Assembly: GCF_963853765.1 (NCBI RefSeq)
Contig: NC_088859.1
Span: 48,484,001-48,548,000 of the forward strand
Direction: 5' to 3'
Origin: Magallana gigas
Lineage: Eukaryota
Length of the DNA stretch: 64,000 nucleotides
Shown: positions 25,501 through 35,290 of the stretch, one piece after another
Layout: every line of letters begins with the position of its first letter
Position numbering within the stretch: position 1 is the first letter of the stretch
Translations under genes and position numbers: made by a program
The notes under the pieces: generated by a model
The model's input: the letters and a program-made list of their open reading frames with translations, nothing else
Database searches by the model: none
Told to the model about the DNA's origin: nothing

Positions 25501-27958
25501 TAAAACTCTTTGTTATGTATTTGTGCACATATCCGACAACAAATGCTATGTGAGAGGTTCTAATTCATGTACTTACCTGTGCCACCTAATTTACTTTCTG
25601 ACTTAATTTAATCAAGAATCGGAAAAGTACAATTATCCAGAAGTGAAGTAAAATCTTAATTTGGTTCTAAATATGTAACTCTCGTTTGAAAGGACAATTG
25701 CTATAGAAAGTGAAGTCTAATAAGAGTTTTAAGAATTATTTAAAAATAGTACAGTAATAACAAATTGACTTTAAAAAATATTTTTATGAATTTGCATTAG
25801 ATAAAAGGTTTCAAATAGCTTTTTACGTGTATCGATCATGCATATGAAAGTATAAGACTTCTAATTGTGTAGCAATGATGTATTCAGGGCTAAACAATAA
25901 TGTTTTTCCAATTTTCCAGTTGATTGCGTGCAGACAAGTCAATCTTCACAAACACTTATTTTATGGAAAAGTTGCTGTTTATTATTACACTATAATTATA
26001 GGATGTGCAGAATATCTTCATAGAATGAATTATTGGTATATAGTATATACAATTGTATATATTTAGTAAAACTCCATTAAACAATTTAATTTTTTTAACA
26101 GATGCAAGAAGTCTCCTTAAAAACCCTGTGTTTCCTGTCTCTGGGCTCAAACTGGCAGAAGCACAGGATTATACAGGTACGTCACAAAATTCTCCAAAAC
26201 CAATGGATATTAAGTATGATACACAATGTACAAAGTTAGAACAATTAGATACACTACATAAATAAGTATATTGAGATTGACTTCACACTATATAAATTAA
26301 TTGCAGGAAGATTTCACGGCTGGTCGATCACTTCAGAGAGCCATCAGAGGAAGCCCTCGTAACCAGCAGGTGCTCTGTAATGCAGCCTGTCTCATCGCTA
26401 ACCTGGCAACCAGCAACGAGGACCAGGTCAAAACAGCAATTTATTTGAGAAATGAACTCAATATCTACCCAAGTTATACGAGTATAACCTGGGTTGGGGC
26501 AGTTTACGCTTTATAATCCGCGAAACGGATTATAAAAAAGCGTAAATTGATCCAACCTAGGTTATACGAGCATAACTTGGGTAGACATTAAGTTCATTCC
26601 TTATAATTTAATTTTCTGTAGTTAACTGTACAAATTGAGAGCGTTTACTTCTTAAAATGATATTAATCTGTTCAAAAAATCAAAAGTAATGTCAAGCAGA
26701 TTGGTAAGTTTTTGACGTTGGTGCATTGTGACTTGCAAACCAGGTTATCCAAATTGTCAAAAATTTTCTGTCCAATCAAATGCCGCGTTTCAACCAGAAT
26801 TAAATTATTTTAATCTAATCACATTTATATAAATTACATGTTATTTGTGCTTGCTTGTAATCATAAAAATATGTCCAAACTGAAATCTGTTTCAGTAATT
26901 ATCTTTATTTTCCATTGCGAATCACTTTGATTCTGAATTTTAAAACCTATAATTTGACACCGTTATAAAATCTTTCTAAAAAATATACATGTCAAAACAA
27001 TTACTGTGTACAGGGTTATTTTCACCCCTGTGTAATTTTCCCTTTCTACATTTGCAAACAGTTTTACCCCATCACCCAGACACAGTTGTGTTTAAGTTCA
27101 CCCAATCTTAAATTCACCTGCTGACGAGAGCAAAAGGGTTGAAAATAAAACGGGGGCAAATATTTCCCTGTATACAGTATTTTAAAGAAAAGTTTTATGG
27201 TAGTGTTATTCCCTCTGGTTAGTGTTTTGTCCCAGTGTAATTGTATTTACCTGACAGATATTTCTATAACTTTCTTTATCAGGGAGGACTGCAGGACTTG
27301 TTGGATGGGCTGGGGGAGGTGCTGAGGAAGGACAACAACAACCTTGACCTTCACTGTCATGTCGCCAGAGGTCTGGCCAACTTTGCCAGATTCCAACAAA
27401 ATGCCAGCAAAATAGTAACTTAAGTTCCGACTTAACTTTATTCAGTTTTTGCGTTCAAAGTTTACCAAGCAGTCATGAAAAAATATCATTACTTATTTGT
27501 TTTCAGAAAAGCCTGTTGCCGTTGGTGATATTCAAATGTCTTAAATCAAACAGCAGCCATGTCAAGATGCATGCAATGAGAGCCATCTTTAACTTGATGT
27601 CTATCAATCCGTCGGATACATGCAGCGAACTACTCAGGTATGTATCTGACTAGTAATTAACCTAGCTTAAACTCTCCATGTTGTGGACCTTAGGCATTTC
27701 TGTTGTGTTGTATATTTACATTATAAATTAACCAAGTTTTGTATATACATGTATTAGGTATATAATGAATTTATTCAGGGACGTATATGTTAGTATATAC
27801 GTCCCTAATTCATTTAAAGGGATTAAAAACCACTATATTTTGATTACAGAGATGGGGCGGGGGAACTGCTGGAGGGACTGTCCCGACTGAAGGGGCTGAC
27901 CACTGCCATACAGGATGCTCTACTGGCCCAAGCGCCAGACCTAGTCAAGCCAATGTAA
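22550..27958 (+). CDS. Uncharacterised N-terminal FYVE zinc finger + armadillo-repeat protein, ~441 aa
   Basis: Exons 22550-22650, 22734-22857, 23040-23138, 23279-23344, 23440-23505, 23754-23845, 24975-25185 (acceptor uncertain; an extra exon is possible), 26102-26176, 26307-26426, 27283-27414, 27507-27637, 27850-27958 (TAA). The FYVE has WVSD, RRKHHCRQCG and ERVC with eight Zn ligands. It is followed by ARM-like helices (VELGGVQTLISL, AEAGAIKAIC, CNAACLIANLA, HVARGLANFA, HAMRAIFNLM). Confidence 0.85.
24163..24615 (+). mobile_element. TTAA-flanked MITE (Kolobok-like) with an internal tRNA-derived segment, copy 1
   Basis: TIRs GGTCAGACGACACGTTCCTC / GAGGAATGTGTCGTCTGACC, flanked by TTAA and TTAT. 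Internal A-box-like GATGGCCGAATGG and B-box-like GAGTTCAAAGCC. A second copy is at 52779-53229. Confidence 0.8.
26451..26810. mobile_element. Long-hairpin interspersed element (~148-bp near-perfect palindrome plus tail)
   Basis: aatgaactcaatatctacccaagttat..ataatccg-cgaaa-cggattat..ataacttgggtagacattaagttcatt folds back on itself at 26451-26598. The tail ends with ccaatcaaat..aattaaattat. An 18-nt piece recurs at 30490-30507. Confidence 0.7.
27002..27179. mobile_element. Tc1/mariner-type MITE
   Basis: Terminal inverted repeats TACTGTGTACAGGGTTATTTT / AAATATTTCCCTGTATACAGTA with TA ends. Confidence 0.75.
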
Positions 27959-28211
27959 CCAGCCTCCATGTCAATAATCCCCTCCTGTATACATAGCTTA
28001 ATATTGTTATTTTAGAAACCTTTTATAATGGGAAAATTTTTTTAATTCTGGTGCATACTCTTTTAATTCTTGCAATGTATTATGAACCTTTGTTTTTGCA
28101 TTAAAATGTGATTTCATAAAGTGACAAAAACAATTATACTATAGTCTTTTGATTTAAATAGTGCTTTTATATTTTATAAATAAATATCATCAAATATAAG
28201 TTTAAATAAGT

Positions 28212-29219
28212 TCAGATACTGAAAAATGAATTTGAAGTTAACTGTGCCTCTGAGCTTTCTTGTGACACCACATCCGACAATTGTAGGCCAATCTCCCGCT
28301 CCAAGTCATCATCAACGTAAGCAGCGACTTCCGGGTCAGAGGTCAAGGAAAAGTCAGGTGATAATGCCCTTAGTCTGTCTGTTAGAATTTCAATCAATTT
28401 ATTGCGACGAAACAAAGTCATTTCTAACTTCATTATTCTTGTTTCAAATATCAGGTGCTCTGGTAGCGTGTCAGTTGTAGGGTAACCTTCGTTGATCTCT
28501 GGTGGGGCCGCCATAATCTGTGGCGTGCGTGATGGGGGAGATTTCTTTGAGACACTAGCAAGCAGACTGTCTCTTTCCTCTTTTATTTCATGAAAACGTA
28601 ACCAGGCCATTCGTAATCTGTTTTGGTTCAGTTCATCCCTCTTGATCAACAGGAGCTGCAATTGTTGCTTTTCCTTGGTGAGCTCCTCTTGCTGCTTTTC
28701 ACACTTGGTTTTACCATCATCCATTGCCATTAATTGTGACTTTAAGTTGTTAATTTTGTCTTTCTGTGTTTTTAGCTCACTCTGAAGGTCCGCCTTTTCT
28801 TCTTTATGTTTCTCTATAACCACCTTCATGTCCGTTATCCTGTCATTTACAGCTCGCAGTATTTCTTTGGAAGTGTTGTACTGGACAGAGAGGTTCTTGT
28901 AGTTTCCCTCAGCCATGATCAGTTGTTTTTCCGCCTCGCGGTTCAAAGTATCCAGCCTTTTGTTTTCCTCTTTTAAGACCATGTTCTCTCTCTGAAGGTC
29001 TGCACTGTTGTCTTTTACCAGATCCATTAACTGGCGTTCTCTTTCACTTGACATCATCAGGCGGCCTAGCTTTTTTTCAAAATCCTCCATCATCAACTTA
29101 AAGAGTTCCGTTTCTTTTCGTGCTTTCTCACCGTCGACAGAATCCCATCCCCGCACGTCCCCTTCATCTTGTCCACCCCGAAAGCAAAGAACCCCTCTTG
29201 ACTTTTTTCGAGACATCAT
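28212..29219 (-). CDS. Intronless 335-aa coiled-coil protein, unknown family
   Basis: Uninterrupted 1008-nt ORF in an AT-rich genome, with an E/K/L/Q-rich heptad pattern (e.g. LQRENMVLKEENKRLDTLNREAEKQL). No recognisable family motif. Confidence 0.8.
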   Translation of the reverse strand: MMSRKKSRGVLCFRGGQDEGDVRGWDSVDGEKARKETELFKLMMEDFEKKLGRLMMSSERERQLMDLVKDNSADLQRENMVLKEENKRLDTLNREAEKQLIMAEGNYKNLSVQYNTSKEILRAVNDRITDMKVVIEKHKEEKADLQSELKTQKDKINNLKSQLMAMDDGKTKCEKQQEELTKEKQQLQLLLIKRDELNQNRLRMAWLRFHEIKEERDSLLASVSKKSPPSRTPQIMAAPPEINEGYPTTDTLPEHLIFETRIMKLEMTLFRRNKLIEILTDRLRALSPDFSLTSDPEVAAYVDDDLEREIGLQLSDVVSQESSEAQLTSNSFFSI

Positions 29220-31303
29220 TAAAGTATAGTGGCCTTCTGAGCTACGTCATAAACAAACGTCTGACGCTATTCACGCGATATTACGTCATGTCCGTGCCCG
29301 ATCGAATATTGAACCATAGCCGAAAGATTTACGAAATTTAACATTTATCTAAAAATTGATTAACAGAAATCTGCTAAAAACTATGAAAATTAATTTGATA
29401 ATGAACTTACATACTTACGTATTAGTAACCGAGTGTTAAAGGACATGGAAATGTTGAAGGCTTTCTTTTTCTTTTAGAGGCTACTTTTTATACAAGGGGA
29501 ACTTTTTCCTGTCACAGCTTTCCAAAATTACATTTATAAGTTTTATTAATTTGTCAATCATGAAATTTTATATCCAAATAATTAAGTAGGCTATATATAG
29601 GCGTACATGTTGGTCTTCATATTTTTTTTTCTTTCAAGATTGTAACATCGATTGCTTGCAATATCTATAATATAGATATTTTCTGATTAATCACATCATT
29701 GAAACTCCTTAAAATTATCCAAAACATATTGGTTGACATGTCTTTAGTGCACCAAGGGCAATAATCTTAGTATCTTCCAAAGGGAAATAAATGTACTTGT
29801 ACTCAAAAATTTAAATCTCTACGCTACTCGCTTTAATAAGTGTTATTTGCACTGTATGAAAGTAAGTTATGCCTCTTTAAATATAACAGTTTTAATATAT
29901 TTTGTCCGTAAGTGAGGCCTATTTCAGGGATCGACTTTGTCTTATAAATACCGATAACCGAAGAAACTACCGGGATGTCTCATGCATGTCATTTTAAATT
30001 CCCACTCATGTTGACCAAAAGTTTGTTTTAAAAAAAAATGTAATTTATGAAATAAGGCGATTGACTGATGCTGTGGGCCAAATAGCTTTCATTTTTCGAA
30101 ACATTTTCTTGGAAATCTTTATTCATTTATCGAATGTCAGAGAAATCTGTTCCTTAATAAAATTGCACGAAGTTGATTTTTTTAATTCTTATGAATCAAT
30201 TTTGCAAAATTACCTATGAAACATATTTTTTCAAAAAATGAATTCATTTAAGGAATAAATTCAATATTTATTTGTTTTATACGACAACCCAACTCATGAA
30301 GGTTTCCAAATGCATGGTCCCACATTTGACACATGCATGCATGTTGGCTTCCCCCCCCCCCCTCCCTTTTCACAACTAAACTGTAACATTTTGTACTGCT
30401 ACTATTCTTGCGTTCAATGCGTGCCTGGTGTACTCTACAAGTTGAAATTTTCAAATAAATTCTAAATTGTTCATGCAGTGCTATGGGTCGGGCAGTTTAC
30501 GCTTTATTAACTGTGAAGTGCACCATTTTTTCTAAAAAGAAAAATTAATAACAAGGAAAGACATATATGATTTATAACTGATTTAATCAGCCATGCAGTT
30601 TGTATATAAAACAGTGTATTTTTAACCATCTAATATTGGGTAATATGTTTCTATTCATTGCGTGAGAAAGTCAAAATGAAACGTGATTAATCGCTCTAGA
30701 ACGTTTCCCAAATTTATCTACATGTGCAGATTTCAAAAAAGTAGACAATGATCCATAATAAGATAGCTCCTTTGTAATATCGTGTTGCTGCACGTCCAGA
30801 TTACCTACATTTTAGTTGCTCATCGTATGCTCGCCGAAAATTACACCACACCAATTTTTTTTTTTTTTTTTTTTTTTTGGGGGGGGGGGTCTCACTCGAT
30901 CAGTTACCACTGTAAATGTTTCAATAACGATTATAAGAAACATTCATGTACTCAATTGAACTATTTCTTGTTTGGAATCTACCACGAGTATTATTATGCA
31001 AATATTTTATACAGTTTTAATACGCAAGTGAAGGATAGCTAATGCATGATTTCCAGAACTTTTCCTTGACTTCATATTTTAATTCGCCTTATATAATAAT
31101 TACTTCTAAATACATGCGATAACGATTTTTAAGGATTTTTTTACATCCTGTTTGTGAACATTGCTACGCTTTCCCCAATGACCAAGGAGAATTATTTTAA
31201 ATATTCTACAGTTCCATTTATTTGATTAGATTTTGATGGGGTTATTTACAAGAGCGTATTGTATAATTTTTCAAAATCTAAAAAGTCGACCTTGCGCAGT
31301 CCA

Positions 31304-31433
31304 GGCCCCGGGGCCATAAAACTTAGATGAGCTCACTTTTGATCTCAGTCTCACTTTTCCACTATATGTTCCTTTTGTAAAAGTGAGACTGAGATCAAAA
31401 GTGAGCTCATCTAACTTTTATGGCCCCAGGGCC
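31304..31433. repeat. 130-bp near-perfect inverted repeat (MITE-like hairpin)
   Basis: Arms 31304-31358 and 31379-31433 (55 bp, 2 mismatches) with a 20-nt loop and GGCC termini. Confidence 0.85.
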
Positions 31434-31922
31434 AGATACAGCCAACTAGAACCGAATGAGAGACCACAAAAAGGAACTTATGTACTAAGTAAGTATATAC
31501 TTAGTATATGTATATAGAAGAAATATATAAAAAGATGTTTCTCTATATTTCAGGTGGTTCATGGTACTACGGCGGTAGCGAGCATTGCAGAAAAAAACCG
31601 CAACATATTTAAACGAACGTCTCTAAAATTAGAAATATCTCTTCAAAAACTCAGAGAAAAAGTTAAATACATTGTATATACTAGTTAATAAAGATTTCAT
31701 TTGCTAGTGGTCAAAATTATTTTCCCTTATACATTGTTGTACAAATGATTTACTCAAAATGATAGATGGTGTCTCCTTAATGATCTCCGATCCTCAGCAA
31801 TGTTCGATAACTCTAAATTATCCGTACATTTTTTTTATTCGTACCATAAATCTGTCTTTTATATAGACAAGTTTAATTAGTTTTATAGTGTTAATATTAC
31901 ACAGCGTTATCAACGAACTTCT

Positions 31923-31970
31923 TGGCTTAGTGGCTCCTACTACAAAATCTTTAAGTGGTTCGAGTCACCG
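31923..31970 (+). other. tRNA-derived Pol III promoter remnant (A and B boxes), probably a SINE head
   Basis: TGGCTTAGTGG at 31923-31933 and GGTTCGAGTC at 31957-31966; no cloverleaf. Confidence 0.4.
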
Positions 31971-33775
31971 ATGCACCAGTACAACCAACGTTGATCTCAA
32001 CTTGTATATTTATTCCATTATAACCACTGCGACCAAAGTTGCAATAACTTCGTAAAATGCATGAATACCATCAAAAAAATTCTTTTTATTTCATTTATTT
32101 CATTTATAAAGTTTATAGGATCGGAGAATCTTAATTGATAAAAGTTCCGGACATTTACACCAGATAAGGCTGTCATTTTGAATTGCTTATTACTGGTACT
32201 TACATAATATATATTTATTGAAGAATATCTTAACTTTTAGTGAGGAAAATACATTGGCTTCTTGATATCTCTAATTTGTATATACATGTATATCTTAGCT
32301 GCTATTTTTTATATATACTGGATACTTTACACTCACTGATCCATATGGAGTGAACACTGCAGTTTACTTTGTCTTGTTGCAGTTAAGACCTAATAAAATA
32401 GGTCATTTGAATGTTTTTTTAATGATTGAAAGAGTTTTTTACAGAATTTTAATTTGTTTCCGTGCATAGCAGTAAATAGCATCAGTTTGATCTTAATATA
32501 ACCATCTCAGAGTTCATAGGAAACCTAAGTATAGACATTATTAGTTGCATCCACTGATATAGCACAAATAAAACAATGAGCAAAACAAAGTAGACACTTA
32601 GAGGTACGTTTTTAATTATTTTTCAATATTATTCACACAGAAAAAAACGTGCTGCCAGACATACTCGTACGTGCTTTCAATGTTTCTGAACACATAATCA
32701 GTACATAAAGATCATGACATACAGAGCTAAAGTGTAAAAAGACATGTATACATCAAATTTAGTTCAACAACAGTGAAAAGTATAAGAATACCAACAGCAA
32801 CCAAAAAAACCCATTTAGACTAACAGTTGTAAATTCAAATGTATCCATTAAAGGTTTCACCTTTGTAACTCATGACCAGTATATAAATATAGCAAACACA
32901 GTACATATTGTAGTAGAAACCATACTGGTATCCAGACTGACCTTGGGTTTCTGACATTATTAGTGATTCCTTGCTGATTTTAATATTGAATAAATATTAC
33001 AAATTTAAAAAAAAAAATCATTCAGGAATTCAAGAAACATATAAACACAGACCAAAACGTTCATTACACACTGCATTAATGCTGGCATTTTGGCAGTGTC
33101 CAGTTAAAACAATCAAATAAATTGTAAAAAACATCACACATATAGAAAGTTTGGCAAACATCACAAATTCATGTAGAAATACATGTACAACCTATTGAAT
33201 CTTGATTGCTGTCCACGAGGTATACTACAGATATGTCGACACGTACTCCGAGAACACACTGTGAATATGGATCTGAATTTGTTCTTAGAAAGTTTGATAT
33301 CAAGTAATCAATAAAAAAGACACCACAAAGTTAAACAACAAGGCCATTCAAAAGTATAGCTGCCCTAAGACTTCAAAAATACATGACTGTAGCCAGTGCA
33401 GTCCTATTGTGAAGATGCTGGGGTATTCTTATAATCAGCTTTTTCCAAGCCTTTTGTATGTTGTACTCAAAATATACAAAGAACATGAATCCTTGTACAC
33501 ATGCTGTGCTACACCTTATATGTAGCTTCATAAAACCCAATTAAAATCATAAAACCCCGTCAATTATGCTTTGAAAAAGAGAGAACATGAATGACCCAAA
33601 ATGACATTTTTCAGTTTAGGTTCTACCTGTATTATCTGTGAATTCACAAAAGCATGCAGGTTATGACCTAAATACTTTTCATATTTCTGACCAATTAAAA
33701 TTTTTTTGTAAAAACTGCTTTTGATTATCAAAAAATGTCCTATTAATGACATAAAAACCATATGCATAAATAAGA

Positions 33776-35290
33776 CTATTTCTTTGTTTGGAGTTTTAGG
33801 ATGTCTATTTGGTCTTTGAAGGCAAGAATGCCCAGCTGTGCATGTGAGGCCTCACTGAGAGATTTGGAGCGTATACAGCCGCGGTACTGGTCCGGTGACA
33901 GATTGATGGGGCACTCCTTGTCGTGCCACAGGTGGAAGATCCCTGGGTCAGTGGCCCGAACCACAGTCATATTGCTACGGACGTACTTCTTATACAGAAA
34001 CACATCCTCCCCACCCCACCCAACTATTCCCTCCCTGAACCCCTTCACAGCTTTAAAGTCTGAGAGGTACTGACATGTCATTCCGTATCCAAAATCTCTC
34101 CAGAATCCTGTTTTCTTAGAAATCACTAGCTGCCTCTTGATGGATGGGATGGTCCTATTTTCCATGGAATATACCAGTTTGGGATTAAACAAACTGAACA
34201 ATATTGGGTAGTACACTTTTTTCTGTTTTTCAGCATTGAGACGACACCTCTCCAGGAATTCTGAGTTAAATATTACGTCCACATCACACATGAAGACTAA
34301 AGTGTCCTTGCCCTTCCAATACTCCATCCCGATCTGAAGGCCGCGCCCTCTGTTAAACTCCTCGTTCACATTAATGACCCTGATATATCTATACCCATGT
34401 GTATGAATGATGGTTTTTGTTATATTTTTGACCTCATCCAACCCTTCTAGACCAAAATAAACAATGCTTAAGTAAATTCGTTTGTCTATCATGATACAAA
34501 CATCTGCAAAGTTCCTCATAAATACTTCAAAAGAATCTAATCTTCCTTTTAATGGCAGTATGATATTTATCCAGGTCTCTTTAGTCCTAACTGTCGTGTT
34601 GATGGCAGGTATAAGTGGACCGAAAGGTTTGAGGATGACCACCTTGGAGTATCTCCCCGATTCCTTTGCATTGAGATTTCTGAAATAAAGTTCATAGTGA
34701 GTCCCTGAGGATGGTTCTGTTCTGTAAATGCCTTCTATGAAATCACTCACAGTGAAATACTTAGATGCATTTTTCCTTTGTTCATTGAGAATATTGACAC
34801 TGTATGTGATGACATCATTCAGGTCTCTGCGCCTCGCCCCGATTGGTTTCTCCACCACTCTTTTTCCTAGTCCAGGATTAACAGGGTACACCTTGTACAG
34901 AGTGAATCTGTTAAATGCAGTAAGTTCATACTCATTTTTCATCTCCACCCCATGTAAAATTTCAGAAACATGAACTTTATCATTGAGGTATTTCTGAATT
35001 TCACTGCCTTTACTCTCTGACGAGTTTGTAAGGTTTTCTCGTTGTACTCTCTGAGAATTCAAGAGCTCCTGTAGTTCCTCAATTTTTTTCTGCAACTCTT
35101 CTATCCTGGTCTGGTGCCTTTTCTCGGATTCTTCGATGGCCGCCTGGAATAACTCTCGAGTGTGTCGAGTTTGCTGGGGGACGGTGGTTGAGATGTTGTC
35201 CATCACCAGGCCCCACTTTGTGATGAACACCATGGTCAGTACGGAGAGCAGGAACAACAGAACCAGAACGCGCGGCACAGGCTTCCCCAT
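33776..35290 (-). CDS. CSGALNACT: Chondroitin sulfate N-acetylgalactosaminyltransferase (CHGN / GT7-like), 504 aa, single coding exon
   Basis: Type II TM anchor (VLVLLFLLSVLTMVFI), coiled-coil stem, GIYRTEPSSGTHYELYF, INIILPLKGR, FNRGRGLQIG, DxD motif FMCDVD, VYYPILFSLFNP, GFWRDFGYGMTCQYLSDF, GWGGEDV, FHLWH. No Fringe-like N-terminal domain, which argues against CHSY1/3. Splice acceptor just upstream at 35329. Confidence 0.9.
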   Translation of the reverse strand: MGKPVPRVLVLLFLLSVLTMVFITKWGLVMDNISTTVPQQTRHTRELFQAAIEESEKRHQTRIEELQKKIEELQELLNSQRVQRENLTNSSESKGSEIQKYLNDKVHVSEILHGVEMKNEYELTAFNRFTLYKVYPVNPGLGKRVVEKPIGARRRDLNDVITYSVNILNEQRKNASKYFTVSDFIEGIYRTEPSSGTHYELYFRNLNAKESGRYSKVVILKPFGPLIPAINTTVRTKETWINIILPLKGRLDSFEVFMRNFADVCIMIDKRIYLSIVYFGLEGLDEVKNITKTIIHTHGYRYIRVINVNEEFNRGRGLQIGMEYWKGKDTLVFMCDVDVIFNSEFLERCRLNAEKQKKVYYPILFSLFNPKLVYSMENRTIPSIKRQLVISKKTGFWRDFGYGMTCQYLSDFKAVKGFREGIVGWGGEDVFLYKKYVRSNMTVVRATDPGIFHLWHDKECPINLSPDQYRGCIRSKSLSEASHAQLGILAFKDQIDILKLQTKK

